This document shows positions 1 to 9,613 of a DNA stretch of 60,652 nucleotides, piece after piece (position 1 is the stretch's first letter; each line of letters starts with the position of its first letter). The stretch lies in assembly GCA_030765145.1 (NCBI GenBank), contig JAVCDA010000021.1:1-60652 (forward strand), in the 5' to 3' direction. This stretch comes from Candidatus Saelkia tenebricola (GTDB lineage: Bacteria > Omnitrophota > Gorgyraeia > Kaelpiales > Kaelpiaceae). The notes under the pieces were generated by a model. The model was not told the origin of the DNA and ran no database searches. It was given only the letters and a program-made list of their open reading frames with translations. The translations under genes were made by a program, and so were the position numbers.

Positions 1-1
1 A

Positions 2-1606
2 ATTTATAAATTAGATGTTTTGGTGATTCCCCCTAACAAACCTCTCAACAGAATTCCACATGCAGATGTAATATATAAAAGTCAGAGGGAAAAGTTTGAA
101 GCGGTTGTTAAAGAGATAGAGGAATTGCATAGTGCGGGGCGGCCTATGCTTGTGGGTACTACATCTATCGAGAAATCAGAGCTTTTAAGCGAGCTGCTTA
201 AAAAGCGTGGAATTCCTCACAATGTATTAAATGCCAAGTACCATGAAAGGGAAGCTGAAATCGTTGCTCAGGCAGGAAGATTTAAAGCGGTTACTATTGC
301 AACCAATATGGCTGGACGTGGAACCGATATTCTTTTGGGAGGGAACCCTGAGTTTTTGACAAAAACGAGTTTTAAGCAGGAGAGCCGTGATTTAAGAGAA
401 ATAACTGATCAAGAATTTCAAGAAGTTTTTAAAAATGTTACGATGGTGGTTAATAAAGAACATGATAAAGTTGTTGAATCAGGGGGACTGTATGTTATCG
501 GAACTGAACGGCATGAATCCAGACGTATTGACAACCAGCTCAGAGGTCGTGCTGGACGGCAAGGGGATCCGGGGTCTTCTAAATTCTATCTTTCCATGGA
601 AGATGATTTAATGCGTCTTTTTGGAAGCGAGAGAATTGCATTGATAATGGATAAACTGGGTATTGCTGATGGGGAAAAGATCGAACATTCTTTAATCAGC
701 CGCGCAATAGCTACTGCACAGAAGAGAGTTGAAACGTTTAATTTTGAGATTAGAAAGCACTTGCTTGATTACGATGATGTTATGAATAAACAGCGCCAGG
801 CTATATACTCAGAAAGGAGAACTGTTTTATTAAGCGAAGGTTTAAGAGAGCATATTTATGAAATTATAGAGGAAACTTTAGAATATGAAATAGAGCGTTT
901 TATTCCGGAAAGCATTTTACCTGAAGATTATGACTGGGATGGATTGAGCAGATGGATTCTGGATAAGTTTAGAGTGTCTATTGCTGTATCAATTCTTAAA
1001 GACGTTTCTTTTGAGAATTTGAAGGAACTTAAAAGCAACTGGAATGACATTGTTCTTAATTGTTTTGAGTTTCTGGTTAAGAAGTTAAAAGAAATTTACA
1101 ATGCACGCGAAAAGGAGATTGGGGAAGAGGAGTTAAGAAGGCTGGAGAAAATGATATTTCTACATGTTATAGATATGCGCTGGAAACAGCATCTTTATGC
1201 TCTGGATTATTTAAGAGAAGGTATTGGTTTAAGAGCTTATGGCCAGAGAGATCCTTTAGTAGAATACAGGAATGAGTCTTATAATATGTTTCAGGAGATG
1301 GTATCTCGGATTAAATTAGATGTTTTAGAATATTTATACAAATTCCATTCTAGATTTAAAACAGCTCCTGTCGGATTGATGGAAAAAGCAGCTTCTGATT
1401 ATAAGCATGAAGAGGTAAAGCAGTTCCAGGCGGTTAAGAGAATGACTAAGGAAAAAGAGCCACAGGCTCCTCGTGTAAGGCCAGGGCAGTTTGCGGGTGG
1501 AGGGCAAGCGGAGCCGTATAAAAGAACAAGTCAAAAAATTGGCAGAAATGATCCTTGTCCTTGCGGTAGCGGCAAGAAATATAAGAAATGCTGTTATCCA
1601 AAATAG
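2..1606 (+). CDS. secA: Preprotein translocase ATPase SecA (5'-truncated by window edge)
   Basis: Motifs [46 protein letters not shown] and C-terminal [21 protein letters not shown]; frame is open from base 2. Confidence 0.98.
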   Translation: MYKLDVLVIPPNKPLNRIPHADVIYKSQREKFEAVVKEIEELHSAGRPMLVGTTSIEKSELLSELLKKRGIPHNVLNAKYHEREAEIVAQAGRFKAVTIATNMAGRGTDILLGGNPEFLTKTSFKQESRDLREITDQEFQEVFKNVTMVVNKEHDKVVESGGLYVIGTERHESRRIDNQLRGRAGRQGDPGSSKFYLSMEDDLMRLFGSERIALIMDKLGIADGEKIEHSLISRAIATAQKRVETFNFEIRKHLLDYDDVMNKQRQAIYSERRTVLLSEGLREHIYEIIEETLEYEIERFIPESILPEDYDWDGLSRWILDKFRVSIAVSILKDVSFENLKELKSNWNDIVLNCFEFLVKKLKEIYNAREKEIGEEELRRLEKMIFLHVIDMRWKQHLYALDYLREGIGLRAYGQRDPLVEYRNESYNMFQEMVSRIKLDVLEYLYKFHSRFKTAPVGLMEKAASDYKHEEVKQFQAVKRMTKEKEPQAPRVRPGQFAGGGQAEPYKRTSQKIGRNDPCPCGSGKKYKKCCYPK

Positions 1607-1607
1607 G

Positions 1608-3050
1608 ATGACATACTTCATTCTTGTATTGATTTCTGCATTCCTGAGTGCAGGGGCGTTTTATTACAATGAGTTTTTTATCTTTTTTAGCCTAACTCCT
1701 TTTTTGTATGTGTTGTTTAAGACAGAATATATAAAAAAGAGATTTCTTCTGGGCTATATCTGGGGACTTGTTTATTTTGCCTGCCTTTGTTATTGGTTGA
1801 TTCATGTCTCATGGTTGGGGTTAGTTCTTCTCACGTTATATCTGGGGTGTTATCCAGCTTTATTTGCTGTTTTATGTAAGCCCAAAAATAAGTTTATCAA
1901 TATATATTATGTTTCAGGATTATGGGTTATTTTAGATTTTTTAAGGTCATTTTTGTCTTTTAAATTTGCTTGGGGTTATTTTGGGTATGCGTTAAGTGAG
2001 AATAAGGTTTTAATTCAAATAGCAGATCTTACAGGGGTACATGGTGTTTCTTTTATTGTGGTATTGGTTAATTGTTTGTTTCTCTATTTTATTACAAAAG
2101 TAATCTTGAGAAAGAAAATATTGCATTCTTTCGTTTTGCTTGCAATATTTGTCTGTTCATTTGTTTATGGTAATAACCGGTTGAAAAATCTTGTTTCTAC
2201 AGGTGTAGCTAAAGATGTTGCTTTGATTCAAACAAATGTCAATTCGAATTTTAAATGGGATTTGTCTTTTTATCAGGATAATTTAGAGCGGTTTGAACTT
2301 TTAGTTCATATTGCAAAACATAAAGGTGCGAAATTGATAATTTCACCGGAATCGATACTGCCTTTCCCCTGGGGTAAAAAACCGAGTATGATGCAGCGTA
2401 TTCAATCGGTTGCAAAAGAGACTAAAACCCCGCTGCTTTTAGGAATCCCGTTTTATAAGAATAATCAAATTTATAATTCCTCATTATTTTTAACTCACAC
2501 AGGAGAAGTTAAGGATGTGTATTTTAAAGTACACCTTGTGCCATTTGGGGAATACATGCCTTTAAGAAGAATATTTTTATTTTTAGAAAATATTTACCCG
2601 ATAGGTTCTTATTCTCGTGGGGATAGCTTAAAACTATTTGATTATATGAAACATCGGTTTTCGATTTTAATCTGTTACGAGGATATTCCTGCGGACATTA
2701 TCAGACGGGCCACTGTTTTAGGTGCCCATTTTTTTGTCAATCAGTCTGATGAGGGATGGTTTAAGGAAACAAAAGAAATGTATTTACATAACCAGATTGC
2801 AGTATTCAGAGCAATTGAAAACAGACGCTCCATAGTGCGCTCAACAAATACAGGGTTGAGTTGTTTTATTGATTATAAGGGTAATGTTATAGAGCAGCTG
2901 GAGCCGTTTAAAGCAGATGTTTTAGTCGCAGATGTACCAATATATACAAAATTTTCTTTTTATAGTAAATACAGTTGGTTGTTCATTTGGATATTGTTGA
3001 TAGGTGTAGTGATTTATTTATTTAGTTCTGGAATTCGGCGTAATTTTTAG
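1608..3050 (+). CDS. lnt: Apolipoprotein N-acyltransferase
   Basis: Multi-TM N-terminus plus nitrilase triad E (SPES), K (KVHLVPFGEY), C (ICYED), and RAIENRR; ATG 1608 just after the secA stop preferred over 1491. Confidence 0.95.
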   Translation: MTYFILVLISAFLSAGAFYYNEFFIFFSLTPFLYVLFKTEYIKKRFLLGYIWGLVYFACLCYWLIHVSWLGLVLLTLYLGCYPALFAVLCKPKNKFINIYYVSGLWVILDFLRSFLSFKFAWGYFGYALSENKVLIQIADLTGVHGVSFIVVLVNCLFLYFITKVILRKKILHSFVLLAIFVCSFVYGNNRLKNLVSTGVAKDVALIQTNVNSNFKWDLSFYQDNLERFELLVHIAKHKGAKLIISPESILPFPWGKKPSMMQRIQSVAKETKTPLLLGIPFYKNNQIYNSSLFLTHTGEVKDVYFKVHLVPFGEYMPLRRIFLFLENIYPIGSYSRGDSLKLFDYMKHRFSILICYEDIPADIIRRATVLGAHFFVNQSDEGWFKETKEMYLHNQIAVFRAIENRRSIVRSTNTGLSCFIDYKGNVIEQLEPFKADVLVADVPIYTKFSFYSKYSWLFIWILLIGVVIYLFSSGIRRNF

Positions 3051-3124
3051 ACTATAATTAATGTGTTATTAACATTAGTATGTGTGTGTATTATTTAGAG
3101 GATTAAAATGGTAGATTGAATTGT

Positions 3125-3246
3125 AAATGGAAATGTATCCCCACTGATTTGTAAAACAAATCAAACATGTGGGGATAATTCGCCCAGGTAATTTACATTC
3201 ATCCTGGAAATCAGGATTCTGTAAATCAGGGGGCTCATTAGGAGGT
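3125..3246 (+). repeat. Structured leader element, copy A (unassigned)
   Basis: Hairpin atccccac/tgatttgt-aaa-acaaatca/gtggggat, second hairpin atcctg/caggat inside tttaca/tgtaaa, ends gctcattaggaggt; homologous to 47524-47613. Confidence 0.65.
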
Positions 3247-3252
3247 GAGAGA

Positions 3253-3570
3253 ATGATTGTTACTAATATCGATTCAGTTCCTGGTAAAAGAATTGTTGAA
3301 CATTTTGGTATTGTTCAAGGCAGTACTGTTCGAGCTCGGCATGTAGGCGCTGATTTAGCTGCTAGTCTTAAGAACTTGGTTGGCGGAGAATTAAAAGGCT
3401 ATACAAAATTATTGGAAGATGCCCGAGCAGAATCTTTAGGAAGGCTTATTCAGCAGGCTCAGCAATTGGGAGCTAATGCGATTATTAATATCCGATTTGC
3501 AACAGCTGCAGTGGCTCAAGGAGCTGCAGAGTTGATGGCTTACGGAACTGCTGTGCGGGTAGAAGAATAA
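3253..3570 (+). CDS. YbjQ/UPF0145 family protein
   Basis: LKNLVGGELKGYT, GANAIINIRF, AYGTAV motifs; GGAGG SD before ATG 3253. Confidence 0.92.
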   Translation: MIVTNIDSVPGKRIVEHFGIVQGSTVRARHVGADLAASLKNLVGGELKGYTKLLEDARAESLGRLIQQAQQLGANAIINIRFATAAVAQGAAELMAYGTAVRVEE

Positions 3571-3580
3571 AGGAGGGTCT

Positions 3581-4042
3581 ATGGATGCTCTGATTTATTT
3601 TATATTATTTATTTTTGTAGGATATATTTCAGGAACAATAATTGAAAAGAAACATTATCTTGATATTGAAGTAAGAGAAAAAAAATATTTAAATTTGCCC
3701 GCAATCAGTTCTAAAAATATAGAAGATGAAAGCCGGATTTTATCTGCCAATTTAGTTAGCGGTAGTGTTGTTATTTCACTTGATTATTTCAAGCGTTTTC
3801 TTGCCGGCCTGCGTAATGTCGTTGGTGGTAGAATTCATAGCTATGAAACTCTCTTGGACAGGTCTCGTCGGGAAGCTGTTCTAAGAATGAAGGAAAATGC
3901 CAGCAGTATGAATGCCGATATGATTTTAAATATCAGATTCCAAACCTTGGGAGTTGGACAAAAAGCAAATAAAAAAGGTAATATCGGTTGCTTTGAAGTC
4001 GTAGCATATGGAACAGCAGTGAAACTAAAACCCGGAACATGA
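3581..4042 (+). CDS. YbjQ/UPF0145 family protein with N-terminal TM anchor
   Basis: Hydrophobic N-terminus; LRNVVGGRIHSYETLLDRSRREAVLRMK and AYGTAV. Confidence 0.88.
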   Translation: MDALIYFILFIFVGYISGTIIEKKHYLDIEVREKKYLNLPAISSKNIEDESRILSANLVSGSVVISLDYFKRFLAGLRNVVGGRIHSYETLLDRSRREAVLRMKENASSMNADMILNIRFQTLGVGQKANKKGNIGCFEVVAYGTAVKLKPGT

Positions 4043-4881
4043 GGTTTACTCCTCGCTTACCACAAGATAACGTAAACGTTTCTAAAACATCAGATTTAAG
4101 AGAATTTTTTTGGCTTTTGGGAATTATCTTGGCTGTTCTGGTGTTAGTTTATCTATTCTTAGGATTTGCGCTGGATGTTGTAGTGGATAGAATTTCACCC
4201 AAGATGGAAAGAGAAATAGGGGTTGTCTTTAATAAGATGTATAAAATTAAAGATAACGAAATTTCACCCCTTGAGGAAAGCATACAAAAATTACTCGATA
4301 GCTTAGTTGAAAAGGCACCTGCTTTAAATATGGATTATGAGTTTAAGGTGCGGGTAGTTGAAAATAATGATTTTAATGCTCTGGCTTTACCGGGAGGAAA
4401 TATTGTGATTTTTTCCGGCTTGATTAAAGAAATTAATTCCCAGAATGAATTAGCTATGGTTCTATCACATGAACTGGGCCATTTTGCACATAAAGATCAC
4501 TTGAGAAGGTTAGGGCGGAGATTAGTATTGGTTGTTATTTCTAGTGTTTTATTCGGGGAGAGGAGTTCAGTTGCACAGTTTATGGAACGAACATTAATAA
4601 CCGCAGATCTTAAATCTTCACGCCAGCAGGAGGTAGTAGCTGACAAGTTTGCTTTAGATTTGTTAGATAAAAAGTATGGACATGTTGCAGGAGGTAGGGA
4701 ATTGTTTCAGCTAATGAAAAAGAAGGGAAATTTACCTATGTTTTTTCAATATTTTTCTACACATCCAGCTCCTGAAGATAGGTTGAATATAATGATGGAG
4801 GAGATAATAATAAATGGCTATTTGGTGAAAGAAACAATTCCTCTTGATCCGATTTATAGAGATCAAACAGTAGTAGATTGA
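4039..4881 (+). CDS. M48 family zinc metallopeptidase, membrane-anchored
   Basis: NALALPGG, HELGH (HExxH), QEVVAD, STHP motifs; ATGA overlap with the upstream gene. Confidence 0.92.
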   Translation: MRFTPRLPQDNVNVSKTSDLREFFWLLGIILAVLVLVYLFLGFALDVVVDRISPKMEREIGVVFNKMYKIKDNEISPLEESIQKLLDSLVEKAPALNMDYEFKVRVVENNDFNALALPGGNIVIFSGLIKEINSQNELAMVLSHELGHFAHKDHLRRLGRRLVLVVISSVLFGERSSVAQFMERTLITADLKSSRQQEVVADKFALDLLDKKYGHVAGGRELFQLMKKKGNLPMFFQYFSTHPAPEDRLNIMMEEIIINGYLVKETIPLDPIYRDQTVVD

Positions 4882-4904
4882 TACTTGGATAATTACAATC
4901 TGCA

Positions 4905-4933
4905 TTGACATATTAAATCTCAACGTTTACAAT
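4905..4933 (+). promoter_or_regulatory. Sigma70-type promoter of lysS
   Basis: TTGACA (4905-4910), 17-bp spacer, TACAAT (4928-4933). Confidence 0.7.
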
Positions 4934-4945
4934 TCAAAGAACAAA

Positions 4946-6370
4946 ATGAAAGACGAATTCAGAGAACATAAGTTGGAGAAACTTAATAAGTTAAGGGAGA
5001 AAGGTGTAAATCCCTATCCTTATCGCTATTTACCACATGAGGCTATTTCTTCCTGTATCGATAACTGGAAAGATAGAAGGGGAGTTAAGATTGCAGGGCG
5101 GGTTATGGCGTTTCGGGAGCACGGTAAGAGCATATTTTTTGATATTAAGGATTCAAGTGGGCGGATCCAAGTATATATTAAGCAGGATATAATCGGTGAG
5201 GATGAGTTTTTGATGTTCAAAGAATGTATTGATATCGGAGATATTTTGGGTGTTGAAGGCGAGACTTTTAAAACCAGAACCGAAGAACCTACTGTTTTGG
5301 CCAAAACATATAAAGTGCTTTCTAAATCTTTACTGCCTTTGCCTGAGAAATGGCATGGTTTAAAAGATGTGGAAACAAGACACAGGAAACGTTATCTGGA
5401 TTTAATAATGAATGAAAATGTTAAAGAAATTTTTGTTTTGAGAAGTAAAATTACTAATTTAATTCGCAAGTTTTTAGGTGATAAAGGTTTTATAGAAGTT
5501 GAAACTCCGATGCTTCATAATGTGGCAGGCGGGGCAGCTGGGGCGCCTTTTGCAACACATTTGGAAGCATATGATTTGGACCTTTACTTAAGAATTGCAC
5601 CTGAGTTGTATCTTAAGAGACTCTTAGTAGGCGGATTTGAAAAAGTGTATGAAATAAACAGGAGTTTTAGAAACGAAGGAGTTTCAACTCGGCATAATCC
5701 TGAATTTACAATGCTGGAGCTTTACTGGGCATATGCTGATTATGAAGATATTATGAAATTAACTGAAGAGTTGTTTACATATTTAGCTTATGAGATAAAA
5801 GGTTCCACTGAATTAGAATACCAAGGCAAGAAAATAAATCTTGCTTCTCCCTGGGAAAGATTGAGTTTTACTGATATTTTAGGCAAAAAGAATCTAACAA
5901 TAGATGTGCTTCGTGAAATCATGGAGTCAAAGCTTGGTAAAAAACTTGATAAACTTTCCAGGTCTCAGACTCTTAAATTGTGTGAAGACTATATTGAGAA
6001 TCAACTGGGGAATGAGCCGATTTTTGTAACCGATCATTTAAAAGATATTTCACCCCTTGCAAAATCTAAGAAAGAAAACTCTGATCTTGTTGAGAGGTTT
6101 GAGCTTTTTATATCGGGAATGGAAATAGCTAATGCATACAGCGAGCTTAATGATCCGATTGAGCAGAAAAAGAGATTTCAAGCTCAAACTGGTGAGGAAA
6201 AAGAGCATGTAGATCTCGATTTCGTAGAAGCTTTGGAATACGGTATGCCGCCGGCAGGGGGGTTGGGCATAGGGATAGACAGGTTGGTTATGCTTTTTGC
6301 TGATGCTTCTTCAATCAGGGAAGTTCTTCTATTCCCTCTCCTAAAACCTGAAGTTTGTGATGAGATTTGA
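4946..6370 (+). CDS. lysS: Lysyl-tRNA synthetase, class II
   Basis: PLPEKWHGLKD, LRIAPELYLKRL, FRNEG...HNPEFTMLE, YGMPPAGGLGIGIDRL. Confidence 0.98.
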   Translation: MKDEFREHKLEKLNKLREKGVNPYPYRYLPHEAISSCIDNWKDRRGVKIAGRVMAFREHGKSIFFDIKDSSGRIQVYIKQDIIGEDEFLMFKECIDIGDILGVEGETFKTRTEEPTVLAKTYKVLSKSLLPLPEKWHGLKDVETRHRKRYLDLIMNENVKEIFVLRSKITNLIRKFLGDKGFIEVETPMLHNVAGGAAGAPFATHLEAYDLDLYLRIAPELYLKRLLVGGFEKVYEINRSFRNEGVSTRHNPEFTMLELYWAYADYEDIMKLTEELFTYLAYEIKGSTELEYQGKKINLASPWERLSFTDILGKKNLTIDVLREIMESKLGKKLDKLSRSQTLKLCEDYIENQLGNEPIFVTDHLKDISPLAKSKKENSDLVERFELFISGMEIANAYSELNDPIEQKKRFQAQTGEEKEHVDLDFVEALEYGMPPAGGLGIGIDRLVMLFADASSIREVLLFPLLKPEVCDEI

Positions 6371-7535
6371 GTTTTGGTTAGCTAAAAAATACCTCAGTAG
6401 GAAAGAAGCAAAATTCTTAAAATTAATCTCTGTAATTACAGTTCTAGGAGTAGCTATTGGGGTTATGACTCTCTTAGTTGTGATAGCTGTAATGAATGGG
6501 TTTGATAAAGAATTGGAAGAGAAAATTTTAGGCATTAATTCGGATCTTTTAATAAAATCTGAACCTGTTTTATACAATTATGAAGAAGTAGTAACTAAGC
6601 TTGATTCATTGGATGAAATTATGTTTTTCTCACCTGTTGTTGTCGGGAATGGTAGCTTAGTTAAAAATGGTTTTCTGGAAAATATTTATATTAAAGGTAT
6701 AGATTTAAAACAAGAGGTAAAAACTACAAATTTAGAGAAGTACTTAATACATAAATTGGATAATATCAACTCAAATGGTATAGTCATTGGTAAAGTTATG
6801 GCAGAGAAATTTGATTTAATATTAGGTTCAACAGTTGAAGTTTTAATGCCGTTTCAATTCGAGAGTTTCCCGTTTGTAGTGGAAGGGATATTTGAGTCAG
6901 GTATGTATGAATATGATGCCTCCTTGGTATATATAAATTTAAATAGTGCTAAAGATATTTTCTCAATATCCGGGGTAACGTCGCTGGAAATCAAAATTAA
7001 GAATCCTTATAAAGCAGATGTTCTAAAAAAGGAAATTCAGGATATTCTGGGAGTGCCTTTTTATGTTTTAAGCTGGATAGATATGAACAAAAATCTTTTT
7101 CAAGCTTTGAAGTTAGAGAAAACTGCAATGTTCATTATTTTATGTTTAATAGTGCTTGTCGCGTCTTTTAATATTGCAAGTGTCCTTATTATGTCGGTAT
7201 TGGGAAAAATAAAGGATATTGGGATTATGAGAGCAATAGGTGCCCGGGCAAAAGATATAAGGCGTGTTTTTATTATCCAAGGGATGTTAATAGGATTTAC
7301 CGGGATTCTGTTGGGAACTGCTTTAGGAGGAGCGTTAATATATATTATAGACAACTATAAAATAATAAAGCTCCCTTCTGATATTTATTACATTGATGCA
7401 TTACCTGTTGCCCCATCTATGATTGATTTTGTCTTAATTGTTTCATCGGCACTTCTGATAACATTTATCTCAACTTTATATCCTGCAATAAAGGCAGCGA
7501 AGTTTGATCCTGTCGTAGCCTTGAGGTACGAATGA
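6357..7535 (+). CDS. lolE: Lipoprotein-releasing ABC permease LolC/E
   Basis: LGVAIGV...AVMNGF, LVASFNI, DIGIMRAIGA, YPAIKAAKFDPVVALRYE. Confidence 0.9.
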   Translation: MMRFEFWLAKKYLSRKEAKFLKLISVITVLGVAIGVMTLLVVIAVMNGFDKELEEKILGINSDLLIKSEPVLYNYEEVVTKLDSLDEIMFFSPVVVGNGSLVKNGFLENIYIKGIDLKQEVKTTNLEKYLIHKLDNINSNGIVIGKVMAEKFDLILGSTVEVLMPFQFESFPFVVEGIFESGMYEYDASLVYINLNSAKDIFSISGVTSLEIKIKNPYKADVLKKEIQDILGVPFYVLSWIDMNKNLFQALKLEKTAMFIILCLIVLVASFNIASVLIMSVLGKIKDIGIMRAIGARAKDIRRVFIIQGMLIGFTGILLGTALGGALIYIIDNYKIIKLPSDIYYIDALPVAPSMIDFVLIVSSALLITFISTLYPAIKAAKFDPVVALRYE

Positions 7536-8221
7536 TAGTAAAACTAGATAGCATTAATAAATATTATCGAGTTGGAAACAGTACTCTCCATGTGTTAAAA
7601 GATATTTTTTTAGATATTGAACAAGGAGAATTATTAGCTATAGAAGGTCCTTCTGGAGCGGGTAAATCTACTTTACTACACTTAATAGGCGGTTTGGATA
7701 GACCTAGCGAGGGGAAGGTTTATTTGGAAGAAGAGGATATTTATAGCTTTAATGACAGTAGTATTTCTCGGATTAGAAATGAAAAGGTTGGTTTTGTATT
7801 TCAGTTCTATTATTTGATATCCGAGTTAACTGTATTAGAAAATGTTGCCTTGCCTCTGCTTATTAGAGGCGAATCTAAGAAAAAAGCTCTGGATTTGGCG
7901 AAAGGGGTGCTTGATTTTTTAAAGCTTACCGAAAGAGTATCTCATTATCCTAATCAGGTATCCGGAGGTGAACAGCAGAGAACTTCTTTGGCTAGGGCAA
8001 TTGTTACAGAGCCTAAAATTTTACTTTGTGATGAGCCAACAGGAAATTTAGATTCTCAAATGGGAAAAGAAGTGTTAAAATTACTCCAGGATATTAATAA
8101 AGAACGAGGTACTACAATTGTGGTTGTTACCCATGATAGAGATATAGCATCATGGATGCAGCGAAGAGCTTACATGAAAGACGGAATGTTGGTGAATATA
8201 AAATGTAACAAAGGAGGATAA
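7532..8221 (+). CDS. lolD: Lipoprotein-releasing ABC ATPase LolD
   Basis: Walker A GPSGAGKS, GFVFQF, SGGEQQR, DEPTGNLD; adjacent to lolC/E. Confidence 0.9.
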   Translation: MIVKLDSINKYYRVGNSTLHVLKDIFLDIEQGELLAIEGPSGAGKSTLLHLIGGLDRPSEGKVYLEEEDIYSFNDSSISRIRNEKVGFVFQFYYLISELTVLENVALPLLIRGESKKKALDLAKGVLDFLKLTERVSHYPNQVSGGEQQRTSLARAIVTEPKILLCDEPTGNLDSQMGKEVLKLLQDINKERGTTIVVVTHDRDIASWMQRRAYMKDGMLVNIKCNKGG

Positions 8222-8222
8222 T

Positions 8223-9092
8223 ATGAAAGTTTACCTCAATGGTGAACTTGTAGATGAAAAAGATGCAAAGGTATCTGTTTTTGACCATGGGTATCTTTAT
8301 GGAGATGGTGTTTTTGAAGGAATAAGGGTCTATAACGGTCTGGTTTTTCGCCTTCAGCAGCACCTGGATCGTCTTTATCGTTCTGCTCATACGATTATGC
8401 TTAATGTCTCTATGAGTAAAGATGAAATGAAAGAAGCTGTAATAAAAACTCTGAAAGCAAATAGCTTAAAAGACGCTTATATTAGATTAATTATTTCCCG
8501 TGGTGAAGGGGATTTGGGATTAGACCCTAGAAAGTGTAAGCATCCAAATATTGTTATTATAACGGATAAGATTGCACTTTACCCTAAAGAGATTTATGAA
8601 AAGGGTCTTGAGATAATTACTGTGCCTACCAGGCGTAATATTCCGGAAGGGGTGAATCCTCAGATTAAATCCTTGAATTACCTCAATAATATTATGGCTA
8701 AAATGGATGCCTTGAGCTGCGGTTATGAAGAAGCTATTATGCTTAATAATGAGGGGTATGTAGTTGAATGCACAGGTGATAATATCTTTATTTACGATGA
8801 GGGTAAACTTTATACTCCATCTGTTCATTTGGGGATTTTAGACGGTATCACGAGAGATGTGGTAATGAAATTAGCAAAAGAACGGGGTATTGAAGTTTCT
8901 GAAGAGATAATATCCCGTCATGATGTTTATAATGCTGGAGAGTGTTTTCTTACAGGAACTGCTGCTGAAATAGTACCTGTAGTTAAAGTTGATGGTAGAA
9001 ATGTCGGGAGTGGTGTTCCTGGAGAAGTTACTCTTCAGCTGATAGAAGATTTTAAAGATTTAACAGATACAGATGGTGTGCCTGTCTCTTAG
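8223..9092 (+). CDS. ilvE: Branched-chain amino acid aminotransferase (class IV)
   Basis: DHGYLYGDGVFEGIR, KSLNYLNN (PLP Lys), LDGITR, FLTGTAAE. Confidence 0.93.
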   Translation: MKVYLNGELVDEKDAKVSVFDHGYLYGDGVFEGIRVYNGLVFRLQQHLDRLYRSAHTIMLNVSMSKDEMKEAVIKTLKANSLKDAYIRLIISRGEGDLGLDPRKCKHPNIVIITDKIALYPKEIYEKGLEIITVPTRRNIPEGVNPQIKSLNYLNNIMAKMDALSCGYEEAIMLNNEGYVVECTGDNIFIYDEGKLYTPSVHLGILDGITRDVVMKLAKERGIEVSEEIISRHDVYNAGECFLTGTAAEIVPVVKVDGRNVGSGVPGEVTLQLIEDFKDLTDTDGVPVS

Positions 9093-9106
9093 GCGGAGGT
9101 AATAAT

Positions 9107-9613
9107 ATGGTTTGTGATATTTGCGGGCAGACGGAAGCTACCGTACATTTGACAGAAATAATAAACGGTAAGGTTACAGAATTGCATTTATGTGAAGAAT
9201 GCGCTCGGGAAAAAGGTACTCAGATGGAACAGCATTTTGGTATATCCGATCTTCTGGCGGGCTTAGCAGATTTAAGTCCCGATGTGGAAATGAAACAGGA
9301 TGTTGTTTTAAAATGTAATAATTGCGGGATGAGTTACAAAGATTTTAAAAAAATAGGCAAATTTGGCTGCAGTCAATGTTATGAATCTTTCAGACAGCAT
9401 GTACCGGCTTTATTAAAAAGAGTGCATGGTTCTACTAAATACGTAGGAAAGGAACCTAATGCTGGAGAATATAAAGTAGTTAGGGATGAACTGCAGGAGT
9501 TAAGAAGTAAATTGCAAATTGCTATCGAAAAAGAAGAATACGAAAAAGCAGCTCAAATAAGAGATGAAATTCGTGAAATAGAAAGAGAGCGTGCTAAAGA
9601 TGAAGAAAAGTAA
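9107..9613 (+). CDS. mcsA: Protein-arginine kinase activator McsA
   Basis: Four CxxC motifs plus C-terminal UVR domain (EEYEKAAQIRDEI); upstream of mcsB-clpC. Confidence 0.95.
   Translation: MVCDICGQTEATVHLTEIINGKVTELHLCEECAREKGTQMEQHFGISDLLAGLADLSPDVEMKQDVVLKCNNCGMSYKDFKKIGKFGCSQCYESFRQHVPALLKRVHGSTKYVGKEPNAGEYKVVRDELQELRSKLQIAIEKEEYEKAAQIRDEIREIERERAKDEEK

Noticed and set aside
3125-3246. Elements A and B as integron attC sites, T-boxes or TPP riboswitches
   Set aside because: No RYYYAAC/GTTRRRY ends, no T-box UGGNACC, no TPP CUGAGA core; no integrase in the window, and copy B lies between core genes
3051-7535. UGA recoding suggested by the missing prfB
   Set aside because: TGA ends many genes at their expected C-termini, often in ATGA overlaps, and no conserved gene is interrupted by in-frame TGA
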